A stretch of 64,000 nt of DNA from assembly GCA_041571435.1 (NCBI GenBank), contig JBFFUI010000004.1, positions 1 through 64,000 on the forward strand, written 5' to 3'. A program made the translations under genes and the position numbers. The stretch is from Sulfurimonadaceae bacterium (GTDB lineage Bacteria > Campylobacterota > Campylobacteria > Campylobacterales > Sulfurimonadaceae). The notes below the pieces were generated by a model. It worked only from the letters and a program-made list of their open reading frames with translations, made no database searches and was not told where the DNA came from. Below, one piece after another: positions 18,559 through 28,987 of the stretch; within the stretch, counting starts at the first letter, position 1; every line of letters begins with the position of its first letter.

Positions 18559-19062
18559 TTACTGCTGCGAAAACATCGCCATCATAGTAGACAACATCGT
18601 AAAGACAGAGATCCACATAAGAACGTGCAGGGCGACGGCGAGCCAGATGGCCCAGTCGTTGTAGCCGCCGACGGCGCGCATGGTCTCGATGCGTTTCTGC
18701 TCGTCTGCTATGTTCGCTTCGATCTCCGCTTTTTTACTCTTGTAAGTCTGGTAGACGAAGTAAGGGGCGAGGCCGCCGGTGACGATCCAGACGATGAGGC
18801 CGCCGAAAGGAATGGCGAAACTGACGATGGTCAGGACAAAAAGCCCGAGGGCAGGGAGGTAGGCTTTGCGGTAGAGCAGGTAGAAAACGCCGCCGAAAAA
18901 GGCCCACCAGCTCCAGACCCATGACATCTTGTCAATGCCGTTAACGTTGTAGCGGCTAAACGCCATTTTGTACCAGGCCGTGACCTCGGGTTTGTTGACA
19001 AATGCCTCGATCATCTGGTCGTCGTAGTCGTTCAAAGTGTTGGCATTCGATACCATTTCCAT
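18559..19062 (-). CDS. DUF2628 domain membrane protein
   Basis: WSWWAFFGGVFYLLYRKAY motif and several TM helices. Confidence 0.8.
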   Translation of the reverse strand: MEMVSNANTLNDYDDQMIEAFVNKPEVTAWYKMAFSRYNVNGIDKMSWVWSWWAFFGGVFYLLYRKAYLPALGLFVLTIVSFAIPFGGLIVWIVTGGLAPYFVYQTYKSKKAEIEANIADEQKRIETMRAVGGYNDWAIWLAVALHVLMWISVFTMLSTMMAMFSQQ

Positions 19063-19148
19063 ACCTTTGTTAATAAATATGAAAAACTATATCGAATAAA
19101 TGGTTAAAAGAGGAGGGTGTACTTTTAGCGACAGCCGAGCAGCGGGTT

Positions 19149-19373
19149 TTAGGCGCTGCGCTGTAGGTTGACGTACCAGTCGTCGCTGCGGTAGCTTCGT
19201 TCGCGTTTTAGCGTCAGCTGAAAGGCGTGGTCATAACAGGTGACCTCGTCGATGAGCTCTTTGGGGGCCTCAAGCTCTTCGAGGCAGTAGAGTTCGATGT
19301 CGCTTTCGTTGTCGATGTCGGGCCAATCCCAACCGTTGTCTAAAGAGCGGATCACAAAAACATTATCTTTCAT
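19149..19373 (-). CDS. Small acidic hypothetical protein
   Basis: 74 aa ORF with AAGGA RBS. Confidence 0.55.
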   Translation of the reverse strand: MKDNVFVIRSLDNGWDWPDIDNESDIELYCLEELEAPKELIDEVTCYDHAFQLTLKRERSYRSDDWYVNLQRSA

Positions 19374-19501
19374 AAACAGATGTCCTTCTATCTACATTGG
19401 GGGTAGATTGTTTATTTTAAAATATATATTTGGGAAATGATATCAAAAGTGGGGCATATAAAAGGCAGTAAGGTGATGATAAAATAGGTAATAGGCGTTT
19501 G

Positions 19502-19867
19502 TTACTGTGACAACCACGCCTCCGCTTCGACTTTCTGGTCCCGTTTGAACGCCTTGATCTCCAAGTCCGGGATGACGGCCCCTTCAAACTCACTGGCCAT
19601 CTTCAGCCACGTCTTGTCCGTCAGGACGGCGGCTTTTTTGAACTGTTTCATAAAGCCCATCATCGCAGGAAAACGTGAGAACTCGAGGATGATCGCGTCA
19701 AACGTGGGGAGTTTGTACTCGACAATGTCATAGAGCATCCGGCCGTTTACAATGCCTTCGGACTTCTCGACCAGCTCGTCCAGGGCCTTTTGCATCTGTT
19801 CGGTATCCAGTTTCCCGCTCATCTCGATATCCAGACGGTTCGCATCGACACGGGTGATTGTAAACAT
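19502..19867 (-). CDS. STAS/SEC14 (SpoIIAA-like) domain protein
   Basis: SGKL, AAVLTDKTW and IKAF...EAEAWL motifs; AAGGAG RBS before ATG 19867. Confidence 0.85.
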   Translation of the reverse strand: MFTITRVDANRLDIEMSGKLDTEQMQKALDELVEKSEGIVNGRMLYDIVEYKLPTFDAIILEFSRFPAMMGFMKQFKKAAVLTDKTWLKMASEFEGAVIPDLEIKAFKRDQKVEAEAWLSQ

Positions 19868-20041
19868 GGTGAACTCCTTGGCGTGTGTTTTACTATCATA
19901 TAGCGATTGGCCTGAAAAAGTGCCCACAGCTGAAACGAAAGCGAAACTTGCTGAGAAAAGCGAGATGGCCTGAACTCTTAACGACGCTCTCTGTGTTCAT
20001 ATACTATAATTACACCACATAATGACGACAAGGCGATACCC

Positions 20042-21505
20042 GTGCAGACACCCTCAAGCAAGACACAAAAATTTATTTTAAAATTTTTCCCCGAGATCAT
20101 GATCAAAGGCTCTTCGGCCAAACGGCAGATGGTGGGGCAGCTCTACAGCAACCTTGTCGATATCCTGGGACGGATCGATCCCGAGATCGCCATCAGAAAG
20201 TTCGGCGATAAGATCGAAGTGGTATCGCCTCTCAGTGTCGTGCCCGAAGTCAGAGTCGCACTGGTCAACACCTCGGGCATCGAACAGGTGCTTGAAGCGC
20301 TGCAGTTCGACGGCATGGACACCCTGGAGAAGATCAAGGCGAAAGTGGGCGAGCTGATGGCCGAGAAGATCGCGGGCAAGACCATCGTCGTCCGGGTCAA
20401 ACGCAGCGGGACCCACAGCTTTACGTCAACCGAAATCGAGCGGGCGGTCGGCGGGTACCTGCTGGCCCATACCGAAGCCAAAGGGGTAGACCTTAGAACG
20501 CCGGATGTCACGGTCCGTCTGGAACTCATCGAGTCGCAGCTCAACGTCATTACGACGGCCTATAAAGGGCTGAGCGGTTTTCCGCTCGGGACGCAGGGGG
20601 ACATTCTCTCTTTGATGTCGGGCGGTTTCGACTCGACCGTCGCTTCATACCTGACTATGAAACGGGGGATCAAAACGCACTTCGTCTTTTTCAACCTCGG
20701 CGGCATGGCGCATGAGATCGGGGTGAAACAGGTCGCCCTCTACCTCTGGTCGAAGTACGGCTCTTCGCACCGGGTCAAGTTCGTCACGGTCAATTTCGAG
20801 AGTGTGGTCGAAGAGATCTTCCGTTCGACGGCGCCGACCTACATGGGGGTGACGCTCAAACGCCTGATGCTGATGGCCGCCGAAAAGGTCGCCGACACCC
20901 TAGAGATCGACGCCCTCTTGACTGGCGAGAGCGTTGCCCAGGTCTCCAGCCAGACCCTGCGCAACCTTGCGCTCATCGACCAGGTGACCAACAAACTGAT
21001 CCTGCGCCCGCTCTCAACGGTCAACAAGCCGGAGATCATCAAGATAGCCAGCGAGATCGGCACGAAACAGTTCGCTGAGAGCATGCCGGAGTATTGCGGC
21101 GTCATCTCCCAAAACCCGATCATCCACGGCTCGTTCAAGCGGATGGAGAAAGAGGCGAAAAAGTTCAACTACGAGGTACTGGACAAGGCGGTCGAGGAGG
21201 CACAGTACATCTACGTCGATGAGATCGTCGCCGACATCAACAAACTGGCCGCGGTCGAGGTGGTCCATGATCTTGACCCGGAGAAAAACGTGGTCATCGA
21301 CATCCGCGCCGAAGAGGAGTGCATCGAGACCGCATGCGAATGTATCAAGATCCCGTTCCACCAGCTCAAAACGGAGTTTGAAAAACTGCCGAAAGACAAA
21401 GAGTATCTTCTCTACTGTGACAAAGGCGTCATGAGCCAGCTCCATGCCCAGTACCTTCGCGACGACAAGAAGTGTGAGAACATCAAGGTTTACCGACCGG
21501 AGTAG
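20042..21505 (+). CDS. thiI: tRNA 4-thiouridine synthase ThiI with C-terminal rhodanese domain
   Basis: THUMP domain, SGGFDS PP-loop, GES.AQVSSQT, PEYCG and YCDKGVMS rhodanese Cys. Confidence 0.95.
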   Translation: MQTPSSKTQKFILKFFPEIMIKGSSAKRQMVGQLYSNLVDILGRIDPEIAIRKFGDKIEVVSPLSVVPEVRVALVNTSGIEQVLEALQFDGMDTLEKIKAKVGELMAEKIAGKTIVVRVKRSGTHSFTSTEIERAVGGYLLAHTEAKGVDLRTPDVTVRLELIESQLNVITTAYKGLSGFPLGTQGDILSLMSGGFDSTVASYLTMKRGIKTHFVFFNLGGMAHEIGVKQVALYLWSKYGSSHRVKFVTVNFESVVEEIFRSTAPTYMGVTLKRLMLMAAEKVADTLEIDALLTGESVAQVSSQTLRNLALIDQVTNKLILRPLSTVNKPEIIKIASEIGTKQFAESMPEYCGVISQNPIIHGSFKRMEKEAKKFNYEVLDKAVEEAQYIYVDEIVADINKLAAVEVVHDLDPEKNVVIDIRAEEECIETACECIKIPFHQLKTEFEKLPKDKEYLLYCDKGVMSQLHAQYLRDDKKCENIKVYRPE

Positions 21506-21549
21506 GGCCTCTTTATTTCAGAGTATACGCTTGATTTGTGCGCGCCGCA

Positions 21550-22080
21550 TCAATGCATGTAGAACAAAATTAACATGGAGATCGAGTAGACATTAAAGCT
21601 CTCTCCGTTGACTCGGTAGTGGTGAAAGTCCATCATGTGAAGGGTGACGTACTTAGTAGGGGCGACGAGTGCGAGGCCGAACGCCGGCCCTATGCTGCTC
21701 TCATCTTTGCGGGTCGTATAGTAGTCGGCGTGGACCATGCCCAACTGAAACTGAAGCCACCAGTTTTTCGGGCGGGCGGTCAGGTAGAGTGCCTGCGAGT
21801 CGTAGGCCAGCCTGGTGCTGTCCTCTATGCCGTACGCTTTGTCTTCGTCTACGTCACCCTTGGTAGTTATTCCGCTGATGAGATGCAGCTGTGCACCGAA
21901 ATTCCATTTTTCAACTTCCAGCATCTCATAGCCGAGTTGCGCTTCCACGCCAAAATCGAGCTCACCGCTCTGTGCCCCGAGATAGTTGAATCCAAGACCA
22001 AGATCAAAGTCATCCGCCTTGGCCTCGGAAAGGACAACGAACGTCAGTAAAAGTAGAGACCATAGTATGGATCTGTTCAA
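21550..22080 (-). CDS. Small putative outer-membrane beta-barrel protein
   Basis: Signal peptide and alternating amphipathic beta strands; TTG start with AAGGA RBS. Confidence 0.6.
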   Translation of the reverse strand: MNRSILWSLLLLTFVVLSEAKADDFDLGLGFNYLGAQSGELDFGVEAQLGYEMLEVEKWNFGAQLHLISGITTKGDVDEDKAYGIEDSTRLAYDSQALYLTARPKNWWLQFQLGMVHADYYTTRKDESSIGPAFGLALVAPTKYVTLHMMDFHHYRVNGESFNVYSISMLILFYMH

Positions 22081-22244
22081 GCCGTATCCTTTTTTGCACT
22101 GTTGAGTGCAATGTCATTATTGTCAATGATATAGGAATCTGCTTAAAAGTATAATTATCAGAAGAGAGAGATCCCATTGTATATCGTAGACCCTAGAGAA
22201 GTACGGTGAACGCTTTGTACGTTTGTCCTAATCCTGATGTTTTG

Positions 22245-23945
22245 TTACGAGGGCTTGTCATTGTTTCCGTTTTCAAGACCAGTTTCTTGCGCTTCGTCCG
22301 AAAGCGGCGGTGTCGTCTGCAGTCGAAGCACATTGCGCAGGGCCTTGGTAAAGCTTTTGCTCAGGTGCAGATCGTTGACGGCGACGGTGGTCATCTCGGA
22401 GGGAATGGCATGATTGTTGACAATGTCACGGATCAGAACCATGCTGTTTTTGTTGGACGCATTGATCTGTCCGTAGACCTCTTCCATCGCCTCGGTTGAC
22501 TCGATGCCGTTGCAGACATCTTCAAAGACCTTCACACTGTTGAGAATCTGATAGCGCAGGTTGCGCAAAAATGCCTTCTCTTCGAGGGTATCGGCATTGT
22601 AGAGCCGTTCGATGTCGTGGAGCATCTCTTTGATGCTCTTGGCGGCGGTGGCAAGGTTGGCGGTTTTTTGTGCGAAGGTATCGATGCGCTTTGCGAGTTC
22701 GGGTTGCGTAGCTGTAAGTGAAAGTGCAGCAATATAGCGGAAGATCTTTCCCTCCAGGTGTCTGATATGGTCATAAAGCTTGTCATAGGAGAGTTCCATA
22801 TTCTCCGGATAGCGGTCAAGAAGCTTTTTGATTGAAACGCCCTTTTCAAGTGCTTTCGGGGGCGGGACATTGATCGCCAGCAAGGCGAACTCCTCTATTT
22901 TGTGGCCGAGATGGCGCACCTCGCTCTGCAGGGCATCGAGTGCGACATCGGGAATATCGACAGGGACCTTGTAGAGATACTTGGTGACATGGACCGGCTC
23001 TTTTTTGAAAAAACGGTGCAGCCACTGTGCCAATATGGCAATAAATGGAAACCACATCAGCACACCGACAACATTGAAAATAGTATGGAAGAGGGCGATC
23101 TGGATGACGGTGTCGGCTACAGGCATGATGTGCACTGCGAGCCAGACAAGCGGTTGCAGGGCCAGCAGTGCGACGACAGCGGTGGAGAGGTTGAATAAGA
23201 GATGCGCCAGCGCCGTCCGTTTTTTATCGGAGGTGCCGCCGAATGAGCCGAGAATAACGGTGACGGTCGTCCCGACATTGGCGCCGACGACAAATGCAGC
23301 GGCGGCCTCAATACCGATGAGCTGTACAAAGAGGGCACTCTGGACAATGGCGATTGCAGCGGAGCTCGACTGGATGAGCGCTGTTATACCGAAACCCAAC
23401 AGTGCATACCAGTAGAGATTGTCCGGACTGTAGTCGGTAATATCAAAGCTTTCTGAAAAGGTCGAAAAACTCTCTTTCATCCCTTCAAGACCGAGAAAGA
23501 TCAGTCCAAAACCGACCAGCCCTCCGAAATGGCTTTTCCAACGACTCCCTTCGTCGACCATGATACTACCAAGACCGCCGATACCGATAAAGACATAGGC
23601 AATGAGCTTGATGTCCATCTTGAAGCCGACCAGACCGACAACCCAGGCAGTGACCGTTGTACCGATATTGGAGCCAAAGAGCATCGCAATGGCGCTTTCG
23701 AGGTTGATGAGCTGCGCCCCTATTAACGAGAGCGCCATAAGCGAGACGATCGAAGAGCTTTGAAAGAGGGCTGTGGCAGAGAGACCGGTCAGAAGGCTTT
23801 TAAGGGTCGTATTGGTTGTTTTCTGAACCCAGCCCTTAAAGGCACGTCCGGCGGATGCTTTGATCTGTACCTCAAGATAGAGCATACCAAAGAGAAAAAG
23901 TCCAAGCCCGGCAAAGGCCTGTATCCAGATCGAGAGATGTGCCAT
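22245..23945 (-). CDS. Na/Pi cotransporter family protein
   Basis: Duplicated QSSS...G.N.GTT repeats and helical PhoU-like C-terminus. Confidence 0.9.
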   Translation of the reverse strand: MAHLSIWIQAFAGLGLFLFGMLYLEVQIKASAGRAFKGWVQKTTNTTLKSLLTGLSATALFQSSSIVSLMALSLIGAQLINLESAIAMLFGSNIGTTVTAWVVGLVGFKMDIKLIAYVFIGIGGLGSIMVDEGSRWKSHFGGLVGFGLIFLGLEGMKESFSTFSESFDITDYSPDNLYWYALLGFGITALIQSSSAAIAIVQSALFVQLIGIEAAAAFVVGANVGTTVTVILGSFGGTSDKKRTALAHLLFNLSTAVVALLALQPLVWLAVHIMPVADTVIQIALFHTIFNVVGVLMWFPFIAILAQWLHRFFKKEPVHVTKYLYKVPVDIPDVALDALQSEVRHLGHKIEEFALLAINVPPPKALEKGVSIKKLLDRYPENMELSYDKLYDHIRHLEGKIFRYIAALSLTATQPELAKRIDTFAQKTANLATAAKSIKEMLHDIERLYNADTLEEKAFLRNLRYQILNSVKVFEDVCNGIESTEAMEEVYGQINASNKNSMVLIRDIVNNHAIPSEMTTVAVNDLHLSKSFTKALRNVLRLQTTPPLSDEAQETGLENGNNDKPS

Positions 23946-24170
23946 CTTACAGGCTTCTCAAAAAAGGTATGTAAAAAAGTCTCAGATGCGAATAATTAAT
24001 CTTCATATATAAATTGTAGCAAAAACAGGCAGATATTGTACTGGTGTGCCGGGTTGTCGCAGATGTTTAAACTATGACGTATCTATCTTGGAAAGATGGT
24101 CGTTTTGAAATACAATGAAAGAGAAACACACAGAAGGGCGGGGATGCCTTCTGTCGGATAGGTTCCGGGC

Positions 24171-25274
24171 TTAGCGTTTTAGATCGTAGGCGATGCGGTC
24201 ACGTTTGTCAAGAAGGACAAAACGATGGTTGGAGAGTCTGTCGACTTTATAGATACGGTGAATGTCTGTCTCACGTGTATGGACATTGCGCTGTACCTTT
24301 TTGATGCTCATCATAAAGATGTTCTCTTCGCTTTTCCATGTTCCTGAAATCGTCAGGGTACCGTCATCTTCGACTTGCTCAAGAACGAAGTTTCTGTCCT
24401 TACCGATATTAAGCGTGATCACCTTCTCACTGCTGACCTGTTTCCAGGTGCCGACCAGCTCTTTGTCAGAGACGCTCAGCGGCGCAGCTTCAACAGCTTC
24501 GGCAGTGACCGCATCTTCTGCAGCAACTGTATCTTCAGCATCTTCAGCAGCGACTGCGGCTGCCGGAGCGACTACAGCTGCCGGAACAGCAACAGCTTTA
24601 GGCTTTGGTGCAGCCGCTTTTTTCGCGGCAGCTTTTTTCTCTGCTGCGGCAGCGGCTTTACGTTTTTCTTCTGCTTTTTTCGCGATAGCAGCTTCCTTAC
24701 GCTTTTTCTCGGCTGCTTTAGCTTTACGTGCTTTGTCCTCTTTCGCTTTTTTAGCCGCTAGTGCATCTTTTTTCTTTTTCTCTTCAGCAGCTTTTTGGGC
24801 TGCAGCTGCTTTTGCTTCGGCATTCTTTTTTGCTGCTGCCTCTTTGCGTTTTTTCTCTTCAGCAGCTTTTATAGCGGCAGCGGCATCCTTTTTCTTTTTC
24901 TCTTCAGCTGCTACGGCAGCAGCTGCAGCAGCCTTTTTCTCAGCTTCGATATTGGCTGCTTTATCGGTTTTTGCTTTCTCTTCAGCCGCTTTTTTCGCGG
25001 CAGCATCAGCGGCAGCTTTCTCTTTGGCCTGGATCACACGCTGCTGTTCCGCATCCAGATATTCAAATATCTTCATCTGCAGTATGTCATCACGGTCGAT
25101 ACTCTCATGGCCACCGTCTGCAATCGCTTTGACTGTCGCTGTGTCATGTTTCTTCATCGCTTTCAGAAGGGCACCCTTAAGTTTGGCATCATCTTCCGCT
25201 GAAGCAGAGAGCTGCGTAAAGATCAGAGCATTAAGAAGTAGGATAAGTAAAGAAATACGCAAAGTTGAACTCAC
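24171..25274 (-). CDS. TolA-like Ala/Lys/Glu-rich exported protein with C-terminal lipocalin-like domain
   Basis: Signal/TM segment, long AKE low-complexity helix, C-terminal LVGTWKQ...SGTW; GTG start uncertain. Confidence 0.7.
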   Translation of the reverse strand: MSSTLRISLLILLLNALIFTQLSASAEDDAKLKGALLKAMKKHDTATVKAIADGGHESIDRDDILQMKIFEYLDAEQQRVIQAKEKAAADAAAKKAAEEKAKTDKAANIEAEKKAAAAAAVAAEEKKKKDAAAAIKAAEEKKRKEAAAKKNAEAKAAAAQKAAEEKKKKDALAAKKAKEDKARKAKAAEKKRKEAAIAKKAEEKRKAAAAAEKKAAAKKAAAPKPKAVAVPAAVVAPAAAVAAEDAEDTVAAEDAVTAEAVEAAPLSVSDKELVGTWKQVSSEKVITLNIGKDRNFVLEQVEDDGTLTISGTWKSEENIFMMSIKKVQRNVHTRETDIHRIYKVDRLSNHRFVLLDKRDRIAYDLKR

Positions 25275-25695
25275 TTTTTATACTGAATTGATATAGAAAC
25301 AGATGTTCGTCAGACAGCATTGAAATAAATTTTGTACCGTATCGCATACTAGGGTATGCTAGGGTATGGTTGTAATAATACTATAGTAACATAAATTTTT
25401 TATTATGTTTACCCCAGTATTACAAAATTCTATACCTGCAATGTCTACGTGTCTCTTTTTTAGGCACATTTGCACATGATCACTTGTTTGACTGCGTACT
25501 ATTTCAGCATAGAGCAATGGTGTTTTTTAGGGGGATACCTGGCAGGCAGAAACAATTTTTACTGAGCTGAACGAATTTCATGCGGCCTATCAAGCCTCTA
25601 TGCTAGACTTCGATTGGAGAAGTCAAGCACTACGGATTTCCTATCATCTTCGCATATCGGAAATGCTTCAAAGCACTTTTAAAGCAATTCTTAAG

Positions 25696-25701
25696 TATAA
25701 T
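25696..25701 (+). promoter_or_regulatory. -10 box for pyrH-rpoZ
   Basis: TATAAT about 28 nt upstream of the pyrH ATG, followed by GAGG RBS. Confidence 0.6.
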
Positions 25702-25714
25702 CCAAAAATTTTAA

Positions 25715-26440
<726 letters not shown>

Positions 26441-26450
26441 GGAAGATAAG

Positions 26451-26666
26451 ATGAGAACAGAAGAATTAACAGCAAAAGCACTAGAGACAGCTAACATTGA
26501 TCCATACCAACTTGCGATCGCAGTTGCAAAACGCTCGGAAGACCTTTTAAACGGTGCGAAAAGCAAACTAAACGTAGACCTTAAGACGATGAAGGCTGCT
26601 GACCTTGCGCTTATGGAGATCGCTGAAGGTGTTGTGTCGATCAAAGGCTTCGTAGACAAGGACTGA
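26451..26666 (+). CDS. rpoZ: RNA polymerase omega subunit
   Basis: Y.L..AVAKR and ALMEIAEG motifs; position between pyrH and spoT. Confidence 0.93.
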   Translation: MRTEELTAKALETANIDPYQLAIAVAKRSEDLLNGAKSKLNVDLKTMKAADLALMEIAEGVVSIKGFVDKD

Positions 26667-26670
26667 TCCT

Positions 26671-26704
26671 GCATGAGGTTTTACCTCATTGCCACCTCTT
26701 TTTT
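26671..26704 (+). terminator. Putative intrinsic terminator after rpoZ
   Basis: Hairpin ATGAGG/CCTCAT followed shortly by a T-run. Confidence 0.4.
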
Positions 26705-26763
26705 AACGCAAAACACCCCTTCTTTTAACACCCAGAATTCCACCATATTTTTTAATTTAGCCC

Positions 26764-26772
26764 TGCTATAAT
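26764..26772 (+). promoter_or_regulatory. Extended -10 promoter (TGnTATAAT) for spoT-tyrS-fabX-amiA
   Basis: TGCTATAAT about 39 nt before the spoT start. Confidence 0.6.
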
Positions 26773-26810
26773 TCATAATAATTATACAAAGACATCAGGT
26801 AAGGATCACT

Positions 26811-28964
26811 ATGGATCAGGTCGATACAGCCGCTATTCAAGACACAACAACGGTTGAGGCCGCAATCGCACGCCTTAATGAGGCGATTACTCCCAGCGAA
26901 AGAATCAGTGACGCACTTGAATTTTCGACCGAAGCGCATGTCGGCCAGTATAGAAAAAGTGGTGAACCGTATATCATCCACCCGATCCTGGTGGCCTCTA
27001 TCGTTGCCAAGATCACCGAAGACGAGTCAATGGTCATGGCGGCTTTGCTGCATGATGTTGTGGAAGACACGCCTGTCACAATCGAAGAGGTACGAACGCG
27101 ATACGGTGATGATGTCGCACACCTGGTCGGCGGTTTGACCAAGATCGATTCGCTTCGCGACGCTAACCTGGTTAGCTCATCTTCAGATGAGAAACTGGTC
27201 GTCTCGGCGCTCTCGTTCAGGAAGATGCTCTTGGCGTCAATCGAAGATGTCCGTGTACTGGTCGTCAAGCTGTGCGACCGCCTTCACAATATGTTGACGC
27301 TGGAGGCGCTGCCGCCGCATAAACAGGAACGAATTGCAGAGGAGACCCTGGTCGTTTATGCTCCTGTAGCACACCGTCTGGGTATCTCTTTTGTTAAAAA
27401 CCTCTTGGAAGATCTCAGTTTCAAGTACGTTTTCCCGCATGAAGACCAGGAGATCGCTCAATACCTCAATGAAAACTACCATGCGATCGAGCTGAAACTT
27501 AACGCCTTTCAGCAGGAGGTGACCAAACTGATCCTGCAAAACGGCTTTATGAAAGAGGATTTCCAGATTAAGAGCCGGGTTAAACACCACTACTCCATCT
27601 ACCTGAAACTGCAACGCAAAGGGATCGGTATCGATGAAATACTGGACCTTTTAGCGGTGCGTATAATGGTCAAGAACCCGGTCGACTGCTACAAGATACT
27701 GGGACTGGTCCATCTCCATTTTCAACCGCTCTCTTCACGTTTTAAAGATTATATTGCGATCGCAAAAGAGAACGGCTATCAGACGATTCACACCTCGATC
27801 TTCCATCAAAGTTCTATTCTCGAAGTGCAGATCAGGACCTTTGAGATGAATCGTACGGCAGAACTCGGGGTCGCTGCGCACTGGAAATACAAAAGCGGCG
27901 GCAACAGCATCAACCTGGACTGGCTGAACAACCTTCAATATCAGGATGAGTCTGCCGAAGACTTTTACGAGATGATCAAGAACGACCTCTACTCTGAAGA
28001 CATTACGGTCTTCTCACCGAAAGGCAAGCCTTTTACGCTGCCTCGCGGTGCGGTCGCACTTGACTTTGCCTATGCGATACACTCGGAGATCGGTGACAGT
28101 GCAGAGTACTGTCTTATCAACAAAGAGCGTGCTTCTCTACTGAGTGAACTGAGTAACGGCGACATTGTCAATATTCATACGGCGGAGGAGAAGATCACGC
28201 GCTGCTCATGGCTAGATGCGGTCAAGACGACACGTGCCAAGAGCAATATCCGTACCAACTGTAATCAGCGGATACGTGCGATCGACAGCCAGAGCGGTCT
28301 GATGATCCTGGTCGGCATCCTTGGGCTTAAGCCTTCGCGCCTGAACGAGTGGAGCCATGACAACGGCAACACCGATAACCGCGTCCGTTTGGCACGTGAC
28401 ATCGATTATCTTAAAGAGATCGTCAACTCCTACTTGCATGACATCCAGGCAAGAGGACGTTTTACCCGCTTTTTGACTTCACGCCGTTTTAAACTCAAAG
28501 AGTACCATTTCGGTTCGCTCGAGATCTTCTCAAACCAGACGATCTCGGATGTGGTCTTTGACTACTGCTGCCATCCGAAAACAGGTGATGAGATCGTCGC
28601 TTTCAAGCTGGACTCCAAAGCGCATGTCCACCATAAGATGTGTAAACATGCGGCGAAGATGATGGACGAGGAGCATAAGATGCTGTTTATACGCTGGCGC
28701 AAAGAGCGTGTCTTCAACTACCATATGATCGTCAGTATGCACAATGCCAAGGGTGCTTTGGCCGGTTTTCTGACCTACCTTGCCAAATTGAACATAGAGA
28801 TCAACAGCATTGAGCTGGGCAAGGAAAAAGAGGAACATATCCGCTATTGTGAGCTCGAATTCCAGTCTCCAGAAGGCGATCTTAACCGTCTACGCGCTAA
28901 AATAGAGCAAAAGATTAAGGTCATACAGTTTTTCCGTACCGATGATGCATATCGAAGTAATTAG
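26811..28964 (+). CDS. spoT: Bifunctional (p)ppGpp synthetase/hydrolase RelA/SpoT
   Basis: HD domain (HDVVED), KLCDRLHNM, synthetase EVQIRT, TGS and ACT domains. Confidence 0.96.
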   Translation: MDQVDTAAIQDTTTVEAAIARLNEAITPSERISDALEFSTEAHVGQYRKSGEPYIIHPILVASIVAKITEDESMVMAALLHDVVEDTPVTIEEVRTRYGDDVAHLVGGLTKIDSLRDANLVSSSSDEKLVVSALSFRKMLLASIEDVRVLVVKLCDRLHNMLTLEALPPHKQERIAEETLVVYAPVAHRLGISFVKNLLEDLSFKYVFPHEDQEIAQYLNENYHAIELKLNAFQQEVTKLILQNGFMKEDFQIKSRVKHHYSIYLKLQRKGIGIDEILDLLAVRIMVKNPVDCYKILGLVHLHFQPLSSRFKDYIAIAKENGYQTIHTSIFHQSSILEVQIRTFEMNRTAELGVAAHWKYKSGGNSINLDWLNNLQYQDESAEDFYEMIKNDLYSEDITVFSPKGKPFTLPRGAVALDFAYAIHSEIGDSAEYCLINKERASLLSELSNGDIVNIHTAEEKITRCSWLDAVKTTRAKSNIRTNCNQRIRAIDSQSGLMILVGILGLKPSRLNEWSHDNGNTDNRVRLARDIDYLKEIVNSYLHDIQARGRFTRFLTSRRFKLKEYHFGSLEIFSNQTISDVVFDYCCHPKTGDEIVAFKLDSKAHVHHKMCKHAAKMMDEEHKMLFIRWRKERVFNYHMIVSMHNAKGALAGFLTYLAKLNIEINSIELGKEKEEHIRYCELEFQSPEGDLNRLRAKIEQKIKVIQFFRTDDAYRSN

Positions 28965-28987
28965 AGACGTAAGATAATAGGATAGAG

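Noticed and set aside
24262-25296. 344-aa Ala/Phe/Ser-rich plus-strand ORF
   Set aside because: Mirror of the A/K/E low-complexity codons on the minus strand; no RBS or protein-like features
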